A DNA stretch of 64,000 nt from Candidatus Poribacteria bacterium (GTDB lineage Bacteria; Poribacteria; WGA-4E; WGA-3G): the NCBI GenBank assembly GCA_009839745.1, contig VXPE01000079.1, positions 44,762 through 108,761 of the forward strand, written 5' to 3'. The notes under the pieces were generated by a model. That model saw only the letters and a list, made by a program, of their open reading frames with translations. It was not told the DNA's origin and did not search any database. Made by a program: the position numbers and the translations under genes. Numbering within the stretch: the stretch's first letter is position 1; the number at the start of each line of letters is the position of its first letter. Positions 1 to 9,433 of this stretch are shown here, piece by piece.

Positions 1-16
1 AAGGAAAAATTAAAAA

Positions 17-1669
17 ATGGCATTTGTTAAACTGAATGACCTTGAGATAGAGGTTGAAGATGGAACGAATGTAGTCGAGGCAGCCAGGCAACACGGTATT
101 GAAGTTCCTCACTACTGTTATCACCCAGGGTTGAGCCGTCCTGCAAACTGCAGAATGTGTCTCGTTGAACCGCATGTTTTCTTTCCACCCGCTGGCGCAA
201 TTGTCCCGGATCGACAACTCGCAACCGGGTGTACCACGGTGCTGAGAACAGCACCCCCCGATAGGAAACTTGATGGGAAATACGACTTTATTGTTCGCAC
301 AGATAGCGAGCGCGTCAAAAAGGCACGCGCGGACATATTGGAATTTCTGCTTGTGCATCACCCACTTGATTGCCCCGTCTGTGATCAGGCTGGTGAGTGT
401 GATTTGCAAGACTACTCGCATCGACATGGATATGATAAGAGTCGCTATCTTGAGGTCAAAAATGTTCCACCTAAGAAAGACTTGGGGCCTGATGTATTGC
501 TCTACGCGACACGCTGCGTTGTCTGTACCCGGTGTATCCGATTTGCTGACGAGGTTTCCGGAACGGGCGAATTAGGCTTAGTTCACCGCGGCTCCCACGA
601 TGAAATTGATATCCCACGCAGCCACGAGGGTGTTCCCTTGCAGGTCCTGGATAACAAATTGGCAGGGAATGTTGTTGATATCTGTCCTGTTGGGGCATTG
701 ATTAGCAAAGACTTCCTGTTTAAGTCGCGTCCATGGTTCTTGGAGAAAGCGAACAGCGTCTGTTCAGGATGTAGCGTCGGTTGCAATATCACCGTAGAAT
801 ATAAAGCCGACGGTGTTTACAGACTCAAGCCGCGCTTCCACGAAGACATCAACCAACATTGGATGTGCGACGATGGTCGCCTCGGTTACCACTATGTCAA
901 CAGCGATGACCGGCTCCAACTTCCCCTTAAACGGGTTGACGACGTTCTCACGCCAACACATTGGGCAGATGCCTTAGCCACGATTACAGAAAAATTGTCG
1001 GAAATAGAAACCGAAGATAGTGTTGTTATCGGCTCTGCACAGGGCACCAATGAAGACAACTACGTCTTACAGCAGTTCGCGCATGATGTCCTGAAAACAA
1101 CGCAGTTGGGACTCTTTGGGCATCTGCCCGGTGAAGAACACAAGTTCCCACAATTTACAATTGAAGCCGACAAGAATCCAAACACGGCAGGGGCACGAAC
1201 GATACTCGGTTCTGCGAATGGCAACACCGTTTTAGAGGGTGATGCGCTTTGGGAAAAGGTATCGAGTGCCAAAGTCGTCTACCTCGTGAGTGGTGCACCG
1301 GAACGTCCCCTTGAAGATGCTGAAAAAGCTGCATTGGAGAGCGTCGATTTCCTTATTGTGCAAGATGTTTTGCCTTCAGAAGTAACCCAGTTCGCCGATG
1401 TCGTCCTACCAGGAACAACCTTCGCAGAGAAAGATGGCACCTTCACCAACTCTACAGGATGGGTGCAGCGGATTCGTAAGACGCTTGATCCGCCGGGCGA
1501 AGCACGTGTGGATTGGGAAATTACGCAGCAGCTTGCCAAGCAGTTGGGCGGTGAGATGAACTATCACTTTGCTGGTGAAATCGCACTGGAAATCGCTGAG
1601 AATGTAACGGGTTATGCTGATGCAACACATCAAAAAATTGGAGATGCTGGGATTAAGTTAGCAGAATAG
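17..1669 (+). CDS. nuoG: NADH-quinone oxidoreductase subunit G (short 550-aa form)
   Basis: N-terminal 2Fe-2S ferredoxin-like region (CRMCLVE) and His-ligated 4Fe-4S motif HHPLDCPVCDQAGECDLQD typical of NuoG; a molybdopterin-oxidoreductase-like domain follows. An AAGG..A-rich..ATG initiation context sits at positions 1-16. Confidence 0.9.
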   Translation: MAFVKLNDLEIEVEDGTNVVEAARQHGIEVPHYCYHPGLSRPANCRMCLVEPHVFFPPAGAIVPDRQLATGCTTVLRTAPPDRKLDGKYDFIVRTDSERVKKARADILEFLLVHHPLDCPVCDQAGECDLQDYSHRHGYDKSRYLEVKNVPPKKDLGPDVLLYATRCVVCTRCIRFADEVSGTGELGLVHRGSHDEIDIPRSHEGVPLQVLDNKLAGNVVDICPVGALISKDFLFKSRPWFLEKANSVCSGCSVGCNITVEYKADGVYRLKPRFHEDINQHWMCDDGRLGYHYVNSDDRLQLPLKRVDDVLTPTHWADALATITEKLSEIETEDSVVIGSAQGTNEDNYVLQQFAHDVLKTTQLGLFGHLPGEEHKFPQFTIEADKNPNTAGARTILGSANGNTVLEGDALWEKVSSAKVVYLVSGAPERPLEDAEKAALESVDFLIVQDVLPSEVTQFADVVLPGTTFAEKDGTFTNSTGWVQRIRKTLDPPGEARVDWEITQQLAKQLGGEMNYHFAGEIALEIAENVTGYADATHQKIGDAGIKLAE

Positions 1670-1697
1670 TTGTCAGTTGTCAGTTATCGGTTATCAG
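1670..1697. repeat. Heptamer tandem repeat (TTGTCAG TTGTCAG TTATCGG TTATCAG) immediately after the nuoG stop
   Basis: Direct reading of the sequence. The same heptamer family recurs at 9265-9285, 10868-10890, 43204-43302 and 54035-54222. Confidence 0.7.
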
Positions 1698-1750
1698 TTA
1701 AGAGGTTTTCGTCTAATACCGTTGCTTCTTAGGATAGCACCAAAACCCGG

Positions 1751-1776
1751 AGCCTGCAACAACGGCGCAGGCGGAT
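1751..1776 (+). promoter_or_regulatory. Conserved intercistronic hairpin element AGCCTGCAACAACGGCGCAGGCGGAT (stem GCCTGC/GCAGGC) upstream of nuoH; identical copy at 9337-9362
   Basis: 26-nt identity between the two sites. Both are followed about 37 nt later by the conserved box TCCGCAAGGTAAAATTAAAA just before the start codon. Confidence 0.5.
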
Positions 1777-1836
1777 ACGAGGGACGCACGTTAAAGTCGA
1801 AACGTCTGTTGTTCCTCCGCAAGGTAAAATTAAAAT

Positions 1837-3021
1837 ATGGAAAATTTCCCTCTCGTTTTAATCATCAGTTCAATCGTCAAGATTCTCATCATTGTCCATC
1901 TGCTGCTTATTGGTGTGATGATAATGATCTGGGCGGAACGACGGGTGAGCGGATGGATGCAGGATCGGTTGGGACCCAACCGGGTTGGCCCCCAAGGCCT
2001 CCTCCAACCTATCGCAGATGGGCTTAAGTTCCTGTTTAAAGAGGACCTCATCCCAGATCACGTGGATAAGCCGCTGTATGTGATGGCACCCGCGATGTTG
2101 TTAGTCCCAGCATTTATGGCGGTCGCAGTCGTGCCATTTGGGAGTGCTATTACGGTATTTGGGCATGAAATACCGCTCCAGATTGCAGATATCAACATCG
2201 GTATCCTCTATATATTGGCGATAACGTCTCTTGGCGTCTATGGTGTTGTGCTCGGGGCGTGGGCATCTAATAACAAGTATTCCCTTCTGGGCGGGTTACG
2301 CTCTTCTGCACAGATGATTAGTTACGAACTAACACTCGGATTGGGTATTATCGGAATATTGATGCTAACGAGTTCTCTCAGTCTTCGGACAATCGCAGTA
2401 GAACAAGGTGCCTATCCGTGGCAGTGGAATTTCCTGATTCACTTTCCGGCATTTCTGGCGTTTACAACGGCGATGTTCGCAGAAACCAACCGATTGCCCT
2501 TTGATCTCGCTGAAGCAGAACAGGAACTGGTCGCAGGCTATCACACCGAATACAGTAGCATGAAATTCGCAATGTTTTTTATGGCTGAATATATGAACAT
2601 GATCGTCGGGTCTGCCGTGACAGTGACGCTCTTCTTAGGAGGATGGCATTTCTTCGGTTTAGAAAATATGGGCGGCCCTGTATGGAGCGGACTGATCTCG
2701 TTCGGTATCTTTTTTGTCAAAACAGCGATTTTCCTGTTCGTGTTTATTTGGGTGCGTTGGACGCTCCCGCGGTTCCGCTACGACCAACTCATGAACTTCG
2801 GTTGGAAATTCCTGTTGCCTGTCGCCTTGACTTCAATTGTCGTAACCGGCATTTTATGGATAACGACCAACTCTCGCCTCATCGTGGGTATTGGTAATGT
2901 CGTCTCCGCGTTTATTGTTGTATCTATTGTCGCAAGTCTCCTTGTAATGAAGACACCTAAGCCGGCAATCCAAGATAGCGACAACCGGCTCACACCGTCC
3001 GCTCTCGACGCAATAGAATAG
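1837..3021 (+). CDS. nuoH: NADH-quinone oxidoreductase subunit H
   Basis: MIWAERRVSGWMQDRLGPNRVGPQGLLQPIADGLKFLFKED is a near-consensus NuoH/ND1 N-terminal motif; the protein is polytopic. Confidence 0.9.
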   Translation: MENFPLVLIISSIVKILIIVHLLLIGVMIMIWAERRVSGWMQDRLGPNRVGPQGLLQPIADGLKFLFKEDLIPDHVDKPLYVMAPAMLLVPAFMAVAVVPFGSAITVFGHEIPLQIADINIGILYILAITSLGVYGVVLGAWASNNKYSLLGGLRSSAQMISYELTLGLGIIGILMLTSSLSLRTIAVEQGAYPWQWNFLIHFPAFLAFTTAMFAETNRLPFDLAEAEQELVAGYHTEYSSMKFAMFFMAEYMNMIVGSAVTVTLFLGGWHFFGLENMGGPVWSGLISFGIFFVKTAIFLFVFIWVRWTLPRFRYDQLMNFGWKFLLPVALTSIVVTGILWITTNSRLIVGIGNVVSAFIVVSIVASLLVMKTPKPAIQDSDNRLTPSALDAIE

Positions 3022-3026
3022 GAGGC

Positions 3027-3554
3027 ATGCTTATGAATGCAGAACAGATTCTATTTATTCTCTTTGGAGGGGTCTCGCTGATTGGCGCGATTGCTGTTAT
3101 CTCGTTTCGACATCCGATTTATAGCGCGCTTTCGCTCATTGTAACGTTCTTCGCACAAGCGGGACTTTTCGTCCTGCTCGGCGCACATTTCGTCGCGGCT
3201 GTCCAAGTCATCGTCTACGCCGGCGCGATTATGGTCCTGTTCCTCTTTGTGATTATGCTCTTGAACTTGGGGACCCTCTCGGCGAAAGGGGCGATTGGAA
3301 CGAAACTGAAGGGATTCGCTATTATTTTAGGCATCCTTTTTGCCGCCGAAGGTATCTACATCGCAGTGAATGCCCTGAATGACACCGCAGTGGCATCAGC
3401 AGAACCTGCAGCGATAACGACAACCACTTACGACATTGGTGAGCTCCTGTTCAGCAAGTACCTCTTACCGTTTGAGGTTACTTCACTTATCTTGTTGGCG
3501 GCATTGATTGGCGTTATCGTCTTGGTCAAACGCGATAGTCAAGAAGAAAATTGA
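3027..3554 (+). CDS. nuoJ: NADH-quinone oxidoreductase subunit J
   Basis: NuoJ/ND6-like sequence (ILFILFGGVSLIGAIAVI...VIVYAGAIMVLFLFVIMLL). GGAGG RBS upstream. It directly follows nuoH, with no nuoI between them. Confidence 0.88.
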   Translation: MLMNAEQILFILFGGVSLIGAIAVISFRHPIYSALSLIVTFFAQAGLFVLLGAHFVAAVQVIVYAGAIMVLFLFVIMLLNLGTLSAKGAIGTKLKGFAIILGILFAAEGIYIAVNALNDTAVASAEPAAITTTTYDIGELLFSKYLLPFEVTSLILLAALIGVIVLVKRDSQEEN

Positions 3555-3720
3555 ATAAAGAATCGTTGTCAGCGGTCAATCCCTCGCGTATAGCAAGAGA
3601 AAACGATTGCGATTGCCACAACTATTTCTTGGCAACTACTTTAACCCAGACCCGGTCGGAATTAACCGGAAACCACCGCGTAATGTAATGGAGCGGTGTC
3701 CAGGAGTACATAATTAAAAA

Positions 3721-4020
3721 ATGTCATTAGAGTATTATCTCGTCTTGAGTGCACTCCTGTTTACAACGGGAGTCATCGGGGTCCTCATCCGCAGAAACGC
3801 TATCATCATCTTTATGTGTATCGAACTGATGCTGAATGCGGCGAACCTCGCCTTTGTAGCAATCAGTCGGAGTCTCGGTGAGGCAACGGGACAGGTGTTC
3901 GTTTTCTTTGTTATGACCGTCGCCGCTGCTGAGGTCGCGATTGGACTCGCAATTATCGTGAGCGTCTTCAAACATCGACAGACGATTAATGTGGATGAAG
4001 TTAATTCGTTGAAGGGCTAA
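3721..4020 (+). CDS. nuoK: NADH-quinone oxidoreductase subunit K
   Basis: 99-aa NuoK/ND4L-like protein ([35 protein letters not shown]). Confidence 0.9.
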   Translation: MSLEYYLVLSALLFTTGVIGVLIRRNAIIIFMCIELMLNAANLAFVAISRSLGEATGQVFVFFVMTVAAAEVAIGLAIIVSVFKHRQTINVDEVNSLKG

Positions 4021-4105
4021 GCAAAATTGGCTATCCGTTCAAGAAGATTCCGATGTGCGTCAGAAATCTCTTACTGAATACCTCGAACCCATAGAAGGAT
4101 AAAAA

Positions 4106-6007
4106 ATGACAATAGAATTAATTGTTGTCCTGTTAGCTGCCCCACTTGTTGGGTTTCTGATTAACGGGTTATTAGGACTTGCAGAAAATAAGGGGCTAAA
4201 AGGGAACGAGCAACTGAGTGGGTGGATAGGTTCGCTTGCAGTGCTTATCTCTTTAGTCTGTTCGATTATCGCTTTTGCCAGTTTGCACGGCGGTGCCGCC
4301 CCGTTCGATGAAACCCTGTATGAATGGATTACAGGCGAGTCGTTCGCTTTCAATATCGGGTTCCGCGTGGACGCACTAACGTCAGTGATGTTGTTAGTGA
4401 TTACGGGTGTCGGGTTTCTCATCCACGTCTATTCGATTGGCTACATGCATGGCGATGCAGGATATACACGCTATTTTGCCTATCTGAACCTATTCGTCTT
4501 TGCAATGCTGATCTTGGTTCTCGGAAACAACTATCTGATGATGTTCGTCGGATGGGAAGGCGTTGGACTCTGCTCATATCTCCTCATAGGATTCTGGTAT
4601 GAGAAGCAAACGGCAACGGATGCTGGAAAAAAGGCTTTCATCGTGAACCGGATCGGCGACTTCGGATTCTTGCTGGGTATGTTTACTCTGTTTGCTGCGT
4701 TCGGAACCCTCGATTTCGCGTCGATATTCGATGCCGCTGAGGCAGATAACTTTCAGAAAGTCTTTGGTGCCAGTACCCTCGTAATTGCGACGTTGCTACT
4801 CTTCGTTGGCGCGATAGGTAAATCGGCGCAGATTCCGCTCTATGTATGGCTTCCAGACGCAATGGAAGGTCCCACACCTGTCAGTGCATTGATTCACGCC
4901 GCTACAATGGTGACAGCGGGTGTATATATGATAGCTCGATCGGCTGTGCTTTATAATATAGCACATACCGGCGAAGTGGTCGCGTGGATTGGGGTTTTGA
5001 CTGCCTTCTTCGCCGCAACAATAGCACTTACCCAGAACGACATAAAACGTATCCTCGCCTATTCCACTGTAAGCCAACTCGGCTATATGTTCTTGGGTGT
5101 CGGTGTTGGAGCCTACGCTTCTGGCATCTTCCATTTAGTAACGCATGCTTTCTTTAAAGGATTGATGTTCCTTACCGCTGGCAGTGTAATGCACGCGATG
5201 GCGAATGAATTGGATATGCGGAAGATGGGCGGCTTAAAAGCAAAGATGCCGATAACGCACTGGACCTTTTTAGTGGGGGCGCTTGCTATTGCGGGGTTTC
5301 CATTTCTAAGCGGTTTCTGGAGCAAAGATGAAATCTTGCACAGTGCATGGGGAAGTTCGCCTATTATTTACGTCATCGGTTTAATCACGGCATTTTTGAC
5401 AGCATTTTATATGTTCCGACTAATCTTTGTGACGTTTTATGGTGAATCTCGTGTTGAACCTGAAGTTGCTTCGCATCTTCACGAATCGCCACCTGTCATG
5501 TGGGTACCCCTGGCAATCCTGGCGATTCCTTCTGCCTTAATCGGCTTACTTTTAGGCTGGGGTGGACATGACAGTTGGCTCCACCACTTCACAAAGAGTG
5601 TATTTCCAGAGGCACACCATGACGCATCGGGTAATATGATCTTGTTCATGGTGATTTCATCTGTAGTCGGTTTGGCAGGCATTGCGTTTGCATGGTCGCG
5701 TTATCGCGACAGGACCCCATCCGATGAACCGACAAATGCCCTACACAAACTTCTTGCGAACAAGTACTATGTTGATGAGGTATACAACGCACTCATTGTG
5801 CAACCGATTAAAAACGGTTCTCATTACCTACTCTGGCGGATTGTAGATAACGGCATTATTGATGGAATCGTCAACGGTGTAGGCTCTATTATCCGATTTA
5901 TTGGCGGAACGTTGCGCCGCTTCCAGACAGGAATTGTCCAAGCCTACATTGTATCAATGGTTCTCGGCATAGTGTTATTCCTTGCATACTATCTGTTTTT
6001 TGTATAG
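4106..6007 (+). CDS. nuoL: NADH-quinone oxidoreductase subunit L
   Basis: 633-aa Mrp/ND5-type antiporter-like subunit. Motifs WLPDAMEGPTPVSALIHAATMVTAGVYMIAR and a C-terminal extension are typical of NuoL. Confidence 0.9.
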   Translation: MTIELIVVLLAAPLVGFLINGLLGLAENKGLKGNEQLSGWIGSLAVLISLVCSIIAFASLHGGAAPFDETLYEWITGESFAFNIGFRVDALTSVMLLVITGVGFLIHVYSIGYMHGDAGYTRYFAYLNLFVFAMLILVLGNNYLMMFVGWEGVGLCSYLLIGFWYEKQTATDAGKKAFIVNRIGDFGFLLGMFTLFAAFGTLDFASIFDAAEADNFQKVFGASTLVIATLLLFVGAIGKSAQIPLYVWLPDAMEGPTPVSALIHAATMVTAGVYMIARSAVLYNIAHTGEVVAWIGVLTAFFAATIALTQNDIKRILAYSTVSQLGYMFLGVGVGAYASGIFHLVTHAFFKGLMFLTAGSVMHAMANELDMRKMGGLKAKMPITHWTFLVGALAIAGFPFLSGFWSKDEILHSAWGSSPIIYVIGLITAFLTAFYMFRLIFVTFYGESRVEPEVASHLHESPPVMWVPLAILAIPSALIGLLLGWGGHDSWLHHFTKSVFPEAHHDASGNMILFMVISSVVGLAGIAFAWSRYRDRTPSDEPTNALHKLLANKYYVDEVYNALIVQPIKNGSHYLLWRIVDNGIIDGIVNGVGSIIRFIGGTLRRFQTGIVQAYIVSMVLGIVLFLAYYLFFV

Positions 6008-6174
6008 ACCTGTCACCCCTACGCGGTTTCCTTTTAGGGACCCCAGGGGCGGGCAGTGTCTGCAGCGCAATTTGGGAAAACTTTTTTGGTTTTTTCCTTC
6101 GGCGTAGTTCTGGAAAAATTTCTTTAGGCGATGATTTATTCTTTTAGCCGATAACCATTAAAAAGGAGATTTTT

Positions 6175-7737
6175 TTGCTACTCTCAACAGTCATCTTTTT
6201 ACCATTACTCGGCGTGATAGCGATCGCGTTGCTCAGAGGACTCGGGGCATCTGCTGTCAAAGGCACTGCACTTGTCATTGGACTCCTGACGTTTATTGTC
6301 TCGTTGGGGCTTTATACCGGGTTCGACACAACGACTGCAACGTTCCAAAACGTCACACAGCAGGCGTGGATCCCCGGTTTAGGGACAAGCTACCACATCG
6401 GCATCGATGGTATATCGCTATGGTTAGTGTTGCTTACAACTTTCCTGACACCGCTATGTATCCTTGCCGCATGGAACTCGATTGAGAAAGGGCTCAGCGG
6501 TTTTATGATGTCGCTCCTTGCTCTTGAGACCGGGATGTTGGGTGTCTTCTGTGCCTTGGACCTGTTCCTCTTTTTCGTATTTTGGGAGTCGATGTTGATT
6601 CCGATGTACTTCCTCATCGGTATTTGGGGGGGAGAACGCCGAATTTATGCCACTGTGAAGTTTGTGCTTTACACAATGGCAGGCAGTGCCCTCATGTTGG
6701 TTGGTATCTTGGCACTCTATTTCCAAAACAACAACAGTTTCGACCTCACGACGCTCAGCGGTCCGTTTGAACATTCACATCTATTGTTCTTGGCATTTTT
6801 CATTGCATTTGCCATTAAGGTTCCGCTTTTTCCCTTCCATACGTGGCTACCAGATGCCCACGTTGAAGCCCCCACGGCGGGAAGTGTAATCCTTGCCGGG
6901 GTGCTGCTGAAGATGGGAACCTATGGCATCATCCGATTTTGCCTACCCCTCTTTCCTGATGCAGCGGCTGAATTCACGCCATTGATCGTCCCGCTCGCTG
7001 TCATAGGCATTATTTACGGGGCATTGGTGGCGATGGTCCAACCCGATCTGAAAAAACTGGTCGCATATTCCAGTGTAAGCCACCTTGGATTTGTGGTGTT
7101 GGGGTTGTTTTCTAAAAATCCCGCCGGTATTCAAGGCAGCGTCTTACAGATGATTAATCACGGCTTGAGCACGGGCGCGTTGTTCCTTTTGGTCGGAATG
7201 ATTTATGAACGACGACACAGCAGGATGATTGTGGATTTCGGAGGCTTGGCGAAGCGTATGCCTATCTTTGCTACAATTTTTATGGTGGTGACGCTATCCT
7301 CAATTGGGCTACCGGGTTTGAATGGATTCGTTGGCGAATATATGATACTGCTCGGTAGTTTTGTTCAGGGAGCCTTCTCAAAAATATATGTAGTTCTGGC
7401 AACTGGGGGTGTAATTCTCGCAGCCGTGTATATGCTATGGATGTTCCAACGCGTGATGTTTGGGACACTGGATAAGACAAATGAAGCCTTACCTGACCTG
7501 AACGCACGTGAAATCGTTGTGATGCTCCCCATATTGCTGTTCATCGTCTGGATCGGCGTTTATCCGAAACCTTTCTTGAATAAGATGGAGAAATCCGTAG
7601 GCCTTGTCGTGACGCAGGTGCAAACTGAACCTGCTATCGGACGCGCGGGAGAACGGATACAACAAGACACTGAACTCGCTCTACACGGAACACAGCGCGT
7701 CCAACGTGAAAAGATTGAAAAGGAGGCAGAGCAGTAG
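6175..7737 (+). CDS. nuoM: NADH-quinone oxidoreductase subunit M (TTG start)
   Basis: ND4-type subunit (WLPDAHVEAPTAGSVILAGVLLKMGTYG). AAAGGAGATTTTTTTG RBS/start context. Confidence 0.88.
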   Translation: MLLSTVIFLPLLGVIAIALLRGLGASAVKGTALVIGLLTFIVSLGLYTGFDTTTATFQNVTQQAWIPGLGTSYHIGIDGISLWLVLLTTFLTPLCILAAWNSIEKGLSGFMMSLLALETGMLGVFCALDLFLFFVFWESMLIPMYFLIGIWGGERRIYATVKFVLYTMAGSALMLVGILALYFQNNNSFDLTTLSGPFEHSHLLFLAFFIAFAIKVPLFPFHTWLPDAHVEAPTAGSVILAGVLLKMGTYGIIRFCLPLFPDAAAEFTPLIVPLAVIGIIYGALVAMVQPDLKKLVAYSSVSHLGFVVLGLFSKNPAGIQGSVLQMINHGLSTGALFLLVGMIYERRHSRMIVDFGGLAKRMPIFATIFMVVTLSSIGLPGLNGFVGEYMILLGSFVQGAFSKIYVVLATGGVILAAVYMLWMFQRVMFGTLDKTNEALPDLNAREIVVMLPILLFIVWIGVYPKPFLNKMEKSVGLVVTQVQTEPAIGRAGERIQQDTELALHGTQRVQREKIEKEAEQ

Positions 7738-7770
7738 GAGCGATCTCCGAATCGCGACTCTCGATCATAA

Positions 7771-9261
7771 ATGAAGTTTAAACTCACATCCGGTCTTATT
7801 TTTTGTGTAATTTTAGGGATTGCGCTGTTAGTTTCAGTGGGGGGTTCCTTCGGAGCAGACGACGCACATGGCGGTGATGCACACCACGGGCATGGCGTAG
7901 ACGGTGCAAAATTGCCTATCTGGAGTATTATCCCGTTTGTTGGTATACTCCTCTCTATTGCGATTTTTCCACTCGTGTTGGATTCTCATTTCCTGGTCCA
8001 CCACGGCGGCAAAATGTCATTGGTTTGGGCGTTAGCCTTCGCTATTCCGTATCTCATAGCGTTTCAAGGAGAAGCGTTTTACGACATTCTGCATATCTAC
8101 CTGATAGACTATATCCCGTTTATTATTCTGTTATGGGGATTGTTCACGGTCGCGGGTGGAATTCTCGTGCGTGGGACATTACGTGGCACGCCCTTGGTTA
8201 ACACGTTCTTACTCCTTATCGGCACTGCTATCGCCTCATGGGTCGGCACAACAGGCGCGTCGATGCTTCTCATCCGTCCCCTCATTCGAGCAAACGCGTA
8301 TCGGCAAAGCAAGGTCCATCTGGTCATCTTCTTTATCTTTCTCGTAAGTAACATCGGAGGTTCTTTAACACCCTTGGGCGACCCGCCGCTGTTTTTGGGA
8401 TTCTTGCACAACGTCCCTTTCTTCTGGACAACGACGGCTCTCTTTCCGCACATGCTGTTTATCAGTGTGATCTTAATTGTGCTTTTCTTTGTGTTAGACA
8501 CATTCATGTTTAAACGGGAAGGCGGTGTCGTGCCAGATGATGGTACCAACGAACCAATCCGTGTAGATGGACTTTTCAATCTCGTCTTCCTCCTCGGCAT
8601 CGTCGCTGCTGTCTTAATGAGTGGTAGTTTCAAGTGGGGAGAAGTCAATATCTTTGGTGTCCATGTATACTGGCAGAATATTACCCGCGATGTATTGATT
8701 GTCGTCATGGGTCTGTTATCTCTCAGGTTCACACCCTTCAGTGGTAAGTTGCGTCAGGCGAATGAGTTTTCGTGGGAGCCGATTGAAGAGGTCGCCAAAG
8801 TATTCGCCGGTATCTTTATGACCATTATTCCGGCGTTAGCGATTCTAAAGGCGGGTGAAAACGGCGAGTTACGTGGGTTAATTGGGGCAATAAAAGAACC
8901 GATGCACTATTTCTGGATAACTGGAATTCTGTCGAGTTTCTTAGATAATGCCCCGACTTATTTGACCTTTTTCAACACAGCACTCGGGAAATTGCATCTC
9001 ACTGAAGCCATGATACCGGAAATTTTGTCTGGACAATTGACAGGTCCCGAACACTTAGAGTTCGTCAAATTGCTAACAGCTATATCTGTTGGAGCGGTGT
9101 TTATGGGGGCAAATACCTATATCGGTAATGCTCCGAATTTCATGGTGAAGGCAATCGCGGAACAAAGCGGTATCCGTATGCCGAGTTTCTTCGGATATAT
9201 GCTCTGGTCGGTAGTAATTTTAGTCCCGCTCTTTGTGATTGTAACGTTTGTGTTCCTGTAG
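7771..9261 (+). CDS. IT-superfamily (ArsB/NhaD/CitMHS-like) ion transporter with a His/Asp-rich N-terminal segment
   Basis: About 12 predicted TM helices. Hairpin-loop motif NIGGSLTPLGDPPLFLGF resembles the GDPPN-type motifs of ArsB/NhaD permeases. N-terminal signal-like region is followed by GADDAHGGDAHHGHGVDG. The gene lies inside the nuo operon. Confidence 0.55.
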   Translation: MKFKLTSGLIFCVILGIALLVSVGGSFGADDAHGGDAHHGHGVDGAKLPIWSIIPFVGILLSIAIFPLVLDSHFLVHHGGKMSLVWALAFAIPYLIAFQGEAFYDILHIYLIDYIPFIILLWGLFTVAGGILVRGTLRGTPLVNTFLLLIGTAIASWVGTTGASMLLIRPLIRANAYRQSKVHLVIFFIFLVSNIGGSLTPLGDPPLFLGFLHNVPFFWTTTALFPHMLFISVILIVLFFVLDTFMFKREGGVVPDDGTNEPIRVDGLFNLVFLLGIVAAVLMSGSFKWGEVNIFGVHVYWQNITRDVLIVVMGLLSLRFTPFSGKLRQANEFSWEPIEEVAKVFAGIFMTIIPALAILKAGENGELRGLIGAIKEPMHYFWITGILSSFLDNAPTYLTFFNTALGKLHLTEAMIPEILSGQLTGPEHLEFVKLLTAISVGAVFMGANTYIGNAPNFMVKAIAEQSGIRMPSFFGYMLWSVVILVPLFVIVTFVFL

Positions 9262-9433
9262 TGGTTATCAGTTATCGGTTTTTTGTGCTGCACTCCATTC
9301 GATTACGCGCAGATGTTTGGAGACATCATAAACCGTAGCCTGCAACAACGGCGCAGGCGGATGTTGGGAAAAAACCGTCAAATTTCTAACAGCGTCGTTC
9401 TTCCGCAAGGTAAAATTAAAAAGGAGATTTCGA

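Noticed and set aside
1670-1697. Possible CRISPR array, from the heptamer tandem repeats here and at 43204-43302
   Set aside because: Units are 7 nt with no unique spacers and no cas genes nearby. These are microsatellite or REP-like repeats, not CRISPR.
1677-2027. 116-aa + strand ORF between nuoG and nuoH
   Set aside because: It spans the heptamer repeat and the conserved hairpin element and then overlaps the nuoH start in another frame. Composition is Arg/Gly/Pro-rich. It is a spurious ORF over a regulatory region.
8109-8732. 207-aa reverse-strand ORF
   Set aside because: Lies entirely inside the permease gene on the opposite strand. It has low-complexity Thr/Pro/Arg-rich translation typical of antisense frames.
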